DNA of 64,000 nt from Lepidodermella squamata (taxonomy: Eukaryota > Animalia > Gastrotricha), in NCBI GenBank assembly GCA_047495785.1, contig JBLDXI010000007.1:1488001-1552000 (forward strand). Direction: 5' to 3'. Position 1 is the stretch's first letter. Every line of letters begins with the position of its first letter. Positions 1 through 11,468 of the stretch are shown here, in pieces. The notes under the pieces are model-generated. The model had not been told where the DNA came from and did not search any database. It saw only the letters and a list, made by a program, of their open reading frames with translations. Position numbers and translations under genes: made by a program.

Positions 1-470
1 TGAATGTCATATACGCGACAAGAAAATAAAAAAAACCGAGTTGATCTAATTGAACTGTGAACACCTAAATCAAAGATTTTCGAGAGTTTGAGAAATAGCC
101 GTCTAAATCGTTGATCGAACCGAAGCCGGCATTTTTGTTCGACATAGTTCGGCCAGGATTCAAGGATTATCTTGAACTATAACCAACATCCGCCGGTGTT
201 TCCTCCACGCGCGCATTCCTATTGGTTGGTTAAATTTACGCGTAACCGCACGTCGCGCGCATTTATTGCGCAACAAATAATTTCGGCGAATTTAATGATG
301 AATCATCGAAATATTATTTTTTTCAATTAACGTTGTGACAAGAAAAGCGATTCTTTTGAAAGCTCAGCCATCTCTTCTCTGCCAGTCTCTTCTAGCTCAA
401 CCGTTACGCCGGTAATTTCCTCTGAATTAGTGCTATTTTCCACATTTTTCTGTGGTTTCAGAGAGTGACC

Positions 471-882
471 CTGCTCGTACATATATATGTACGAGATTTT
501 TGCTAGTCGTACATATATTTCAAAAACATTTCTGCTGAACTTTGAAATTATATGGATTTATCAATTTTCATCGCAAATGTTCCAAATTTTAACCATATGT
601 ACATTGAGGCGTGACCAACCTTACCTCAAAGTTTGGTATGCATAGGGTGAATACCCATTATTAGCCACCCTGAAACCCGAAATTACCCGAAGTCGGTAAT
701 GTCAGGAACCATAACCGATGGACGGATAAAAATTTGCAGGTGTGTGGAACCCTGTTAGAGGCATTTGCCCTCAAAAAATAAACTTCCCAGGATCGACATT
801 GAGTGATTGGCTAAAATTCTAAGTTTTCATTCGAATATATGTACGAGCAGCAAAAATCGCGTACATATATATGTACGAGCAG
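471..882. mobile_element. MITE-like element with ~50-bp imperfect terminal inverted repeats
   Basis: ctgctcgtacatatatatgtacgagatttttgct at 471 is the near reverse complement of agcaaaaatcgcgtacatatatatgtacgagcag ending at 882; no coding interior. Confidence 0.7.
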
Positions 883-1906
883 TCATTCCGTAAAACTAAT
901 CAAGGGCTAAGCGAGGAGAAAAGAATAGGGATTCAAAATCAATTGATCTTGATTTTGCATGCTCATAAGTGTGAAAAACGAGATGCTAGCAAAGTCGATA
1001 GCAAAGTCGATAGCAGCAAGTGTTGCTGGTACTGCAACAAACCCGACTTTACCGAACTGCAGAGTCGCTTATTGTCAACGAATGAAAGAAGTGATAAGCC
1101 ACTTGAGAGGTTGCAGGCATGATAAATCTTGCACATGTGAGTTTAAATTATGGAATTAATTTCGGATGCTAAGATTTTAGATTCGATTTTAGACAAACGC
1201 TGCTTGTCTACGCGGCAAATAGGTATACATTGGCAGTCGTGCAAGGACGAGGAGTGTCCTGTATGTAAGGAAGTTCGGATGCTGAGTCACTTGTCGAAGC
1301 CTGTTTTCGACTCGAAAGTTTTGCGGAAAACAACGAGTGATAATATCCCGGGAGGCTCTGGCACCGTTATTCCCATTCAAGCTAATGCATCAACATGGCA
1401 GAAAGAATTCGGAACTGAAGCTAAGGCAGGCTGCTATCGATAAATTTATGCAAGAATTAAGGGTGAGGAGCGGTGGTTACAGTGACCTCGCGGCTTTGCG
1501 CAAGTTTGCCGTTCAAACCGAAGCTGAAATTTTCACCCGATCTGATAAATCCGAGCGGTACTTCTTTTTATTGGCCGAGAAGCTTTACACTGCTTCGAAG
1601 GAACTCTTGCATACTGGAGGGAATGGTAAAGTGTTGGTGCAATTTTTCTAATTTCTATCTGTTTTTCTTCCTTAAAGACGAAACTATGAATGGGGAGACT
1701 TCTCAATGCCCGATTTGTTACTTGGACATCGTAAAACTCGGTTGCAGTTCGAGACGCTTGATTTGTGGACATGGTAACTTCAAATTCAAATGTCTTCACC
1801 TCATCCTTATATCGATGTTTTTCTAGCTTATCATATGGCCTGCATTAACCGCTGGCTGAGAGAGAATGACAGTTGCCCAACTTGCAGAGCTATTGTACAG
1901 AAGTAA
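871..1906 (+). pseudogene. CBP/p300-like TAZ1 + KIX domains fused to a RING-H2 finger; two frameshifts; 5' end unresolved
   Basis: QNQLILILHAHKC...NCRVAYCQRMKEVISHLRGC...CTYKRCLSTRQIGIHWQSCKDEECPVC (TAZ); WQKEF..LRQAAIDKF...EAEIF...YFFLLAEKLY (KIX); CPIC...[24 protein letters not shown] (RING-H2). Introns 1137-1192, 1626-1677 and 1774-1826 keep the frame; extra bases near 974-978 and 1420. Confidence 0.75.
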
Positions 1907-2740
1907 ACATGTAGTTTCAAGAACTTCAAGTAATGGAGTGATGAGTGCTTGAAACCTCTAACTTCGAGCGATAAATTGAAACATTACAATTCTATTATTA
2001 TTCAAGATTAGCTAATTGAAACATTTTTACAGTGGAAGGGAATACTCTATGGCTAGCCATGGAGAAATATAATTTCCCCCCGATCTGGAACCCTGAGCTC
2101 GTTTGGCGCAGCCAAACGAATCGAGGGGTTCCAGTGAGGGGTTCCAGTATAAGTAAGGTCCTTATATTCCACCTTATAATAATCCTTTCAACTCATTGAG
2201 AGCTAATTTATAGCAATAACTCGCAATATTCGATACGCATGACCGTATATTTGTTGAGAATCTTGAAAATAAATTTGCGTACTACCGAAAAATTACAGAA
2301 ATATTTGTAATATGGCAACGCTCCTGTAAAAATCCGTAACGCAGACTACCAATAATAAGCAGAATACCACTATAAAACCCACAAATTTGGTTCCGCTCAC
2401 CTTGAATTTGGTTGCGGCAAAAGGTAAATTTATCACAAATCCGGAGAAATTTGGTCAAACATATGATAAAATACCGACAATTAACGAACCCCGAGCAAGT
2501 TACCTTCAGAGTTTTCCAAGGTTTCCGGTAAAATATGAATTCTTCAGAAAATTCTTAGATAAAGAATGAAATCTCCCGGTAGGTTACATTAACAAATTAG
2601 TTAAATTTCCATAAAAAGGTGCGAAATAAAAAAATTATTGCTGCGCGAATATAGGACATAGGTCAACTGATTAAGATTGGGATTCGTTAATTTACGAATT
2701 TATTTTACGAATTTATGTTTTAATCGTAATGATGTGAAAA

Positions 2741-3670
2741 TTACCTGTCTGGCAATTTCGGCGGTAAGAATAGGCACGTGATTTGTAAGAAGAAGGTCGC
2801 ATAAGACGGAATCATCATACTGGCGACGTAGTAGTTGTATTTGCGCCTGAATCGACTCGTTAAAACCATTCGCGAAAAGACGCCTGTCGACTCGGAAACA
2901 TTCAAACTCTCCCCGGTGAATGTCCGACTTAAATTATTAGGATACGCCAACTCCCAAACATCGGTATCGCTTATCAGATTCGTACTTAGAGACGCATCCG
3001 TCCCATAAAAAACGACATCGTACCAGAGAAAGTCACTACTCTCCTCGGGTTCAAACTTCATTTCGCAAGTCAACGTGTCGAATGGGAAGTGTTTAAATGA
3101 GAATGACGAGCAAGACGTATCGATTCGCCTTGTATAACCGATGTAAGCCTGAGGTCCAGATGCCATGAAAGGGAAGATGAATACGATATCTCCGTCAGCT
3201 CCATTTTCCAACGGCCGAGTCGTTTCATAAGCGTTGAGATGGGCCAAGTAGGGGTGCCAGACGTCTCGAGGCGTTAGGAGAAAGTATAAACTTTGAACCC
3301 GATCTTTCGGCAATTTGCACAACGGCGAATCTGGTACGATTTTGTTACAATCGTAGACTGGGCAGGGAAACGCCCATTCAAAGGTGAAGTATAGGAAAAG
3401 GGACATTCGCTGCTCGACGTCGTTGATCTGAATGAAGCGGAAAATGTAAGCGGCTGTTTTGACGCGAAGGGCCTGGGTGAAATTATTCCTGGCCACCGTT
3501 TCGCTCGGGACGCTTCGGGACATCACGACTGGGCACCAGTTGTAGACATACTCCTTCTGCAATTCTTCCATCAGTGCTTTTGTTTGCGTACTGGAATCTT
3601 GATCACATCGAACTAACACATTGCCGGCTATTCCTGAAATTACTAGTAAAGCAAAAAATTCCTTCGCCAT
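2741..3670 (-). CDS. Cys-loop ligand-gated ion channel subunit (signal peptide, extracellular domain, M1), ending after M1
   Basis: Signal peptide; WHPYL; Cys-loop CSSFSFKHFPFDTLTC; RRKYNYYVASMMIPS pre-M1/M1; stops at LPDR, where CAG/GTAATT could also be a splice donor. Confidence 0.8.
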   Translation of the reverse strand: MAKEFFALLVISGIAGNVLVRCDQDSSTQTKALMEELQKEYVYNWCPVVMSRSVPSETVARNNFTQALRVKTAAYIFRFIQINDVEQRMSLFLYFTFEWAFPCPVYDCNKIVPDSPLCKLPKDRVQSLYFLLTPRDVWHPYLAHLNAYETTRPLENGADGDIVFIFPFMASGPQAYIGYTRRIDTSCSSFSFKHFPFDTLTCEMKFEPEESSDFLWYDVVFYGTDASLSTNLISDTDVWELAYPNNLSRTFTGESLNVSESTGVFSRMVLTSRFRRKYNYYVASMMIPSYATFFLQITCLFLPPKLPDR

Positions 3671-5118
3671 TTTTTCGAACGCTTTACTACAATGTATGTC
3701 GATTCTCCATTTGGCGGATAGTATGTGTTGATATAATTCGATATTTTTTAATTGCCCAGGAGGCTTGCTTAGCTCGAACTACGCTGTTTGCAATTTTTGC
3801 AGCTGAATTATTGATGAGCCTTAGAGCTATTTGCTCCTAATCAAGTCGGGGTTTAACTTCCTGATTTCACTAGCTATTTCCAGAACATAGCCTCAGGAGC
3901 CCAGCGATATATATATATATGATTGGTATAACATTTATTTGATTTCAATCGATTAATTTTCCCCCATTTCACCATTTCATTTATAAAATCTATTTGAAAC
4001 TTTACGCTTCTTTCTAGGAATTGGGCATTACTAGCATTACCTTAATAAAAAAATGCACCAAGCCGCGAATCTGATATTGTCTTTCATGACATAGTTTTTA
4101 ATGAGGCAAGTCGGGGTTTTGGTGCAGTTTTAAAATTTATGAGAACAACTCGGCAAATCTAATTGAGAAAAACCTTAATTTTCCATGCTCCGTTTACTTT
4201 AAAATTGCAGTCCACTATAGGTAGTGGAAAAAACAAGGATTTTTAATGCCAATAAATTTCACAACTAATAAATGACGCCTGGTTTTTATTTGAAACTGTT
4301 ATCCAATTATCCAAAGTATTAAGCACAAAATGCCCCAACGCGAAAACTTCTATACTGGGGAAAAAATATCCCATGACAAAGCTTTTTCCCTTCATCATAA
4401 ACCTCACGATGACGGTTCGAGTCCCATAGCCTCTCAGGATCTTCTTGCCAAGATTCCTATTGCTTTGAAATCGTGAAATACCATTTTCCTCCAAATCATT
4501 ACTTCATTAGAAGCTTTGCGGCAATGTAAGGGCAAAATGGTGATGCGCTACGATAGGAAAGGCTTTCGAAGTTCCCAGCATCGCAAAGTTCCTAAGGCCG
4601 GTTCCAGTGGAACACCATTGAAACTATTGGCCAGGGATTGGGTTGGTCTCGATATTGGGCCTATCTGGAAGATCCGCCATACAAGTTGGTAGTCATTTTC
4701 TGAATTTGATGTTTCGTAGAGGGAAATGCAAATCTCAAATTTTTAAGGTGTTAGCGCAGTTGATAATTTGCCGCACGATAAAAACTGATGAGGTACTCAT
4801 ATTTCAAGGATTTCTGGAGCATCCTATATTAATCTGGAATAATTCAAAATCTCTCCGAAAAACTGGTTCAGGCCATAATGAGTTCACGAATCTTTCTTTC
4901 TCTTTTTTCAAGTAATTTTTGCGATTTTCTAGAAAATTCGGAAAACTCGCCATAAATTTTCGAGCTAGCAAAGGCATTTTATTATATCGTCGTTAAAAAC
5001 TGAAAAATGATGTAATTCAGCCGTCTGATTATCGAAATTCGTCAATTTCACTCATGAATATTGAAAGTATCTAATAAATTTGAATAAGTTATCATCAATG
5101 AGACATTGATTGTTCGGC

Positions 5119-6015
5119 CTATTGTTGCTTGTTCGAGGCCTCAGCCTTCTCGCTAGAAATCGCTTTCAGCGCTTCCTGCTGCGCGTTAATCTCAAGTCGA
5201 CGCGCCTTTCGAACAGCATCACCATGGCCAGCACTGTGAAGATGCTCCATAACAGCGGCCATGTGCAACGGCTGTCGCGGGACACTGAAAGGCGGCGACG
5301 ATTTGCAAACGCCACAACACAGCTCGCCGACGTTATTCAACGCCAAATGGCCAAGTGAAGCGTTGACCATACCCGCGAAACCAGTCCGCTTCTCCGCCTT
5401 TTTAATACGTTCGCTCAAAAATTTCGACATGTAAGGCAGTAGGTACTTCTTCTTGTTGTCTTCATCGCTTGTTTTAGTCGTCGTGGAACCGGCTAGACTT
5501 TCGTTGCTTTCCGGCTTAGCCTCCCGTTTCGGCTTCGCGGCAACTTCGACCCAATTCGCGTCTTTATCCTTGTTTTTCTGCTTACGCCGGTCGCGTTTAT
5601 TCTTAGCCAGCTCCGTTGTAAAATCAACGCTTTGGACGCTGGTGTCAGGGGTAAGAATTGCCGGCGGGACAACTGGTTCAAGTTCCGGGGTGGATTTCAT
5701 CGCCGTTTCTTCGACTTTATTCGCCAGTCGAACTACGGCTCGAACATCGCTGATGATACCCGGTAAACGGGAAATTAACCGATTTTCCGGCGATTTCGCC
5801 GCCGCGAATTCCGTCAACCAGCTGAAGTCCTGTGATTCATCGCCGTTGATCGAATCGGCCAAAACTTGCCAGGTTTGATTTAGCACATCACGAAGTTGGT
5901 CGATCTTCGAATTTTCAAGCAGAGATGCTTCGATTTCGTTGCATAGATTAGCTATAGTTGCTCGGGGTTTCTGGCCATCGTTTTTTGCAGATATCGGTCT
6001 GGAAGTACTTGTCAT
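5119..6015 (-). CDS. Uncharacterised protein with C-terminal C2H2 (U1/matrin-like) zinc finger
   Basis: Long ORF (to 6183); Met at 6015 follows a ttttccag acceptor; CGVC...MEHLHSAGH motif; basic low-complexity linker. Confidence 0.6.
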   Translation of the reverse strand: MTSTSRPISAKNDGQKPRATIANLCNEIEASLLENSKIDQLRDVLNQTWQVLADSINGDESQDFSWLTEFAAAKSPENRLISRLPGIISDVRAVVRLANKVEETAMKSTPELEPVVPPAILTPDTSVQSVDFTTELAKNKRDRRKQKNKDKDANWVEVAAKPKREAKPESNESLAGSTTTKTSDEDNKKKYLLPYMSKFLSERIKKAEKRTGFAGMVNASLGHLALNNVGELCCGVCKSSPPFSVPRQPLHMAAVMEHLHSAGHGDAVRKARRLEINAQQEALKAISSEKAEASNKQQ

Positions 6016-6362
6016 TTGCTGGAAAAACGATGGTATTAAACGAATCTTGAATAAATGTAAGGTTTTTATACCGCGAAAATTGCGCGCGATTGCGTCATCT
6101 TTTTCCTTATCGCAATGTATATACCGGTGACTCAACTTGGGTGTGTGTGTGTTTTTTCTTGATATATGCGGCGTCGTATACATGCGCTATACGGGTGAAT
6201 AATTAACTACGTGTAAAAAATTGCCGGTCGCTGGAATAGTCGAGAAATGCAATGTGTACAACACAAGCTGAGCTGCCATGGATGGAATCAATATTAATCT
6301 AGCTTTGCGATTCAAAATATAAAAAAATAGATCTGAAACAGCCCGGACTGCCATATTCGATA

Positions 6363-6555
6363 TACCGTATTTGTTCCAATAGGGGCCCATTCACTAATAT
6401 TCGCCCATCCCTAATAGTAGCCCAGGGTTGAGGGGTCAAGTTGGTTCGAAAACATAAAAATGAACGATTCACCAAAAATTATTTTTTGAACTTTTCAAAA
6501 TTTCGAGGGTGATATTTTAGTAGCCCGGGCTGCAATAGGAACAAATACTATGGTA
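6363..6555. mobile_element. Tc1/pogo-type MITE
   Basis: taccgtatttgttcc ... ggaacaaatactatggta imperfect TIRs with TA ends. Confidence 0.5.
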
Positions 6556-7108
6556 AGTGGAAATATTCGATAAAGATGGAGGCAGAGGAAAATTCCCTGA
6601 GCAGCAATGGACGCTTTTTGCGAAATAACTACGAAAATCATGAAACTGCCCTAAAACGCCATTTTATGCCAACTTTCACCTTTTCTTCGTAACTTACTGC
6701 AGTTTAACCCTCTAAGGCCGGGAGCGTGTATACTCAAACTACGACCTTGAATTCTCATACTTCCCGATTTATGCCGAAAAAACGGCTTGGCAAAATTTTA
6801 GATCTAGACTACCCGATTCCGAAAACCGCAGACTCGCGGACAGTTAGCCTGCAGCGACCCGAAGCGATTTTCATCAAAAATTGCGGACAGCATTTTCGTT
6901 ACCAATTTTTTCTCACGCACCCGATTCTAATGAAAATTTGATGAAAGTTTACCGCAAACTAGATCTATCGACTGGTGAAAACCACTTCACAAAATTCCTC
7001 ATGGTTGAAAAGTTATTGAAAAAATTCGATGCAAATAAAATATTACGCATACTTTAATCTAATAACTAGTGAAAAAGAATAGCTTTTAGCGGGACAAGTA
7101 TGCATTTT

Positions 7109-7510
7109 GCGGAACCAAAGTCTAAATATGGCAAGGGTCATTTTTAATAATTCTACGGATTTTAGGCGAAGCAGGAGTTCTGAATTGAACACTCTGTCTT
7201 GTTGGGAATGTTACGCTGAATTTACTGGTGATTATTTTAGAAGCATTGTGGTCAATCGTGACCCACAAGAACGAAAATATTTTTAATTGTCCTTCACTTT
7301 CCTGGCACAATTTTCCAAAAATAATTTGGAGGAAACCAACAACAACATAACAATCAAGGTAAAATCAAAAATCAAGAATAATAGGAAAAGATAAAGGCTC
7401 GAGCAGAGGGTGAACAAGCGCTTGTCAGAGACAGTGCGCAGGCGACGATAGTGAGGAGATATCGGAAAAGTTATTTCGGGCCACCAGAAAATACCAAGCT
7501 TTGGTTCCGC
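7109..7510. mobile_element. MITE with GCGGAACCAAA TIRs; second, inverted copy at 56269-56487
   Basis: gcggaaccaaa...tttggttccgc ends; internal sequence homologous to 56269-56487 in reverse orientation; abuts the truncated gypsy integrase. Confidence 0.7.
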
Positions 7511-7519
7511 TAAAAGGAG

Positions 7520-9600
7520 GACCCAAACAACCCTGATTGGCACTAAGGGTACCGTAGTCGACTGGTTAGTCGCCTTCCGGACCTTGCAGGTCTCGCACTG
7601 GCGACAGTACCGCCGCACCGCGCTGTAGCAGCCCGGGAACCAGCATTAGTCCCGTATCCTTTCCAGCGTCTTGAACCGACCGAGGTGACCAGACGAGGGC
7701 GCGTCATGAGCGACGCGGATCACCTGCGGCACGTGGACAGCGGGAAGGATGAGGCAAAGCCGAGGGAAGAGCCAGTCTTCCACCGACAGGTAAAACACGC
7801 CGGCTTCGTCCTTTGAGACTGCGCTGCGGTGGCGCAAGAGGCAGGCGGATGCGGCAGAGAGCGGCTGAGGCAGAACTTCGCCGAGGTCGAAATGGCGTAG
7901 GACAGGTCCGAGGTCGGGATCGTCTAGCTGAGCGGCACGGAGCTAGGCCGGGTCGAGGCGAAACGAGTCGGCTATCGACAACGAGGCGGCGCAGGTCGCG
8001 TCGGGAAAGGCTGTGTCGTCGTAGGTGTAGCCGATCTCGTCTGAATCGACTGAGGGCCGCGAGAGGCCGTCGGCGAGGTTGAGGCGACCAGGTCGGTGTA
8101 CCAGATCGAACTGGTAGTCGCCCAACCAAGCCAACGCCAGACTCGCTTGCTCGGGTCGCGTAGCGTCTGGAGCCACACGAGCGCATTGCGGTCGGTTTCG
8201 AGGACGAACCTGGTGCCAAGCAGGTATTCTCTGAACCGGTCACACGAGAACACAATCGCGAGGCACTCCTTCTCCAGGGCTGGATACTTCCGCTCGGCGG
8301 GCGAAAGCAGGCGGCTGTGCGCGGCGACCAGCCGGTCGAGTCCATCGCCGCCAGTCTGCATGAGCATGCAGCCTAAGACGACGTCCGAGGCGTCACACAT
8401 CACCTTGAACGCGCGAGAGAAGTCAGGGTAGACCAGGATGCCCGGCTGCTGGAAGGCGGCATTCAAGGCGAGGAGCGACTTCTCGCAGTCGTCCGACCAG
8501 GCAAACGGCACGGCGTTCGAGGTGAGAGCGGATAAAGGCGCGGCCAACGTCGCGAAGTCAGGCAGGTGTACACGTAGGAAATTGCAGGTGCCCAGGAACG
8601 AGCGGACATCCCGACGGCAGGTAGGGCGAGGAAAGTGCTCGATATCGCGAGTACGATCGGGGTCCGGGGACACGCCAGAGGCAGAGAGGCGACGGCCGAG
8701 GAACTTCACTTCGGGGCGAGCGAGCTCGCACTTGGCGGCGGACACGCTAACACGAAAGTCCCGGAAGCGCTCAAAGACCAGGCGGAGGCGGCGAAGCATC
8801 TCTGGGACGCTGTCGGCGTAGACCAGGCAGTCATCCTGGTAAACGATGCAGAGGTCTAGCAGACCGTCCAGGATTTCATTCTGCATCGCTGACTGCAGCA
8901 AAGCAGGGCTAACCGACAGGCCCATAGGCAACACAGCGTAGCGCCACTTTTCGCCATCCGCACCGTAAAAAGTCAAGATCGCGGCAAGATTCGTCCAAGG
9001 GCAGCTGGTGAAAGGCCTGGCGCAAGAAGACGGTGGCGCCATGCAGCCGTTCGATCACGTCCTCCCAGAGCGGCGGGACGTGATACCGGTCGGGCAGGAA
9101 CTTGTTCTGCGGGCGGAAGTCGACCGTGAACCGGGTGCCGTTGGGATCCGCGGCCGAGGGCTTGGGGACGATGACCGGGCAACAGGCGTTCGGCGAGTTG
9201 CCGGGCTCGATCAGGCCCCGCTCGCGCAAGAATCGGAGGTGCTTATGCAGCTCGGACTTATTGTGCGGGCCCATGTAGCGGCTAGGCTGATGGTCTTCGC
9301 CGTCGTCTCAATCAACAAGGGCTGCTTCAGGCGAATGCCCATCGAACTGTCGCTGATCGCTGAATATCGGCGCGAACTCGGTGATGAGTAGGCGAAGCGC
9401 GGCGCCATCCTCAGTGTTCAGTTCCATGACGGATCGGTCGATAAGCGCGCGAACATCGTCGGGTAGCGACTCGGACGGGCTGGGCGGCGAGAAAGAGAGC
9501 TGACCCGAGGCGAGGTTTAACTCGGCCTTGTGCCTTGTTTGTGAACAGTACCGAGCCACCAACCGTTAAGCAATGCCGGTCACTTTCAACGACGAGTACC
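7520..9600 (-). mobile_element. pol: Degenerate Ty3/Gypsy LTR retrotransposon pol (RT, RNase H, integrase zinc-binding region)
   Basis: RFTVDFRPQN, LPMGLSVSP, YQDD, MCDAS, YPALEKECLAIV, ETDRNAL, AHD...GHLGRFKT, CRQCETC; frameshifts and stops; GC-rich relative to flanks. Confidence 0.92.
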
Positions 9601-10171
9601 GGTAGGCTCGCCGAGTGAGTAGCCGTGTATTTGAGTTCCTTCTACTGCCATATCTGCTGTGGTTAGAACTCATCTTCTGGTCAGATGAACAATCTTCAAG
9701 ATGGTCCATGTCATGAAATCTGCTTGTTGTCGTGAAATGTTAGTAGCATTGTTACTCATTATCTTCTTGTACAATAGAGTGTATATTTCGTAAGGGAATA
9801 TACTAAGAGACAATAACAGTTAGACGATATAGCAGGAAGAACCTGGTTTTGCTGCCCCAAAATACCCAGAATAGGCCTGGACTCTCCCGACTGGGAAAAA
9901 ACGGTCAAATTACGGTTAATAGAATTATGAGATTTAAGCTTTTAATTCTCTAGTTTTTGCCATAGCATTGCCGCCATTCCGCTATGAACTGCTTTTCGCA
10001 ACATTGTGACGCCAAAATTGCGTCTCAAGATAAATCTGAGATTCAAAACTTGTCGTTCTTGCAGCAAAACCTGCTCATTTTTCGCCTACTGTCCTCATTT
10101 AACAAACCATCCTCGAATAAAAAAATTCAGCCTTTAAGACCTATTCCTGCAGGCTGCTCTATTGTTAGATT

Positions 10172-11468
10172 ATTCCCTACAAAAAGCTCCGCGCTGGCTG
10201 TAGAGCCGAAGAATGAAGAGTCCTGATACCATTCTGCCACAACTAGCAAACTGCATCAAATCCCGAGATGGCGCTGGCGCGCCATCATTACATCACTCGC
10301 CATTCTGAGCGGCACTTCATGCTCATTTTTTGCGAGGTTACATGTTACATGTTACATTTTGAAACTAAAAGTAACCATGTTTGCTGGTGCCCACTACATA
10401 TATGCAATTACTTGAATTTTTTCCAGAGCATATCAAGCTGATATTTGAAATAACTGCAGCTCATCGGATTGTAACAGGCCGTTACATTCAGTTTTAAAAA
10501 CTTCAGAATCCAATGGCATACCCAGAATCACGTTTTCATTTTCTGTTCTAGCAAATATTTCTAAGCGCTGGTGATTTTTTCGAGACGTAGGTACATGAGA
10601 ACTGTTAAAATTCCTGATTGTGTTGAGATGAATCCAATATCGATGTTGATGTTCCGCAGTTGATGGTATAGGTATAAATCCACCAGTTCAGCTCCTAGAC
10701 CTAGGCGATTGAGTTTACAGCAAATGATTTAAATCTTGCTATTGCATGTCTATTGCTAGCCTTTTAGCCGCATTGACAAAGATCGAAATTTAACAACGAT
10801 CGTCACCAACATCAACAACATCATAGGCGCGGTTCAAATTGAAACTTGAGGTTGTACACCAAACAAATCTCTCGTGGAAGAGAGAAATTTGTTAAGATTC
10901 ATCACAAGTTCTCTGTGGATATAATGTATTTTCAGTGGTAAATATTGTTAATTAATGTTATCGGTTGGTTTGACATAAGCTGGTGCTATAACGAAAAAGG
11001 TGGCATGTGGAAAGTGCAATCTGATCGGCTCTTCAGATTTCGATGCATTATCGTATCACGGGGACTGGGTCATCTCTTCATATTAATTCCAATACGTATG
11101 AGGTAACATCTAACTGAAAATGCAAGGAGACATATTATGCGATTATCCTGAATCCTGATCAAAATGCATTTTTATTGCTCCTTATCTACAACCAGGAGTA
11201 ACCAGCGGTTTAACATCGGAAGCAGCACTATGCCCAAGGCATATGGGATTAGATTAAGAAGTTCAACCTGGTATGTTGCTGTTTGTATTTCTCTCTTTTC
11301 TGCTGTGACTCCGTGTCATAAGAAGCGCCGCTCAGAATGGCGAGTGATGTAATGATGGCGCGCCAGCGCCATCTCGGGATTTGATGCAGTTTGCTAGTTG
11401 TGGCAGAATGGTATCAGGACTCTTCATTCTTCGGCTCTACAGCCAGCGCGGAGCTTTTTGTAGGGAAT
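10172..11468. mobile_element. Non-coding element bounded by ~145-bp near-perfect inverted repeats
   Basis: 10172-10318 is the reverse complement of 11322-11468. Confidence 0.75.

Noticed and set aside
974-1420. Programmed frameshifting in the TAZ-KIX gene
   Set aside because: No shared slippery site or stimulatory structure; mutation or sequencing error is simpler
2290-2450. Hydrophobic minus-strand stretch as the missing channel TM exon
   Set aside because: No M2/M3 motifs, upstream in-frame stop and no compatible acceptor
7813-9391. Plus-strand ORFs in the GC-rich block
   Set aside because: Antisense shadows of gypsy pol
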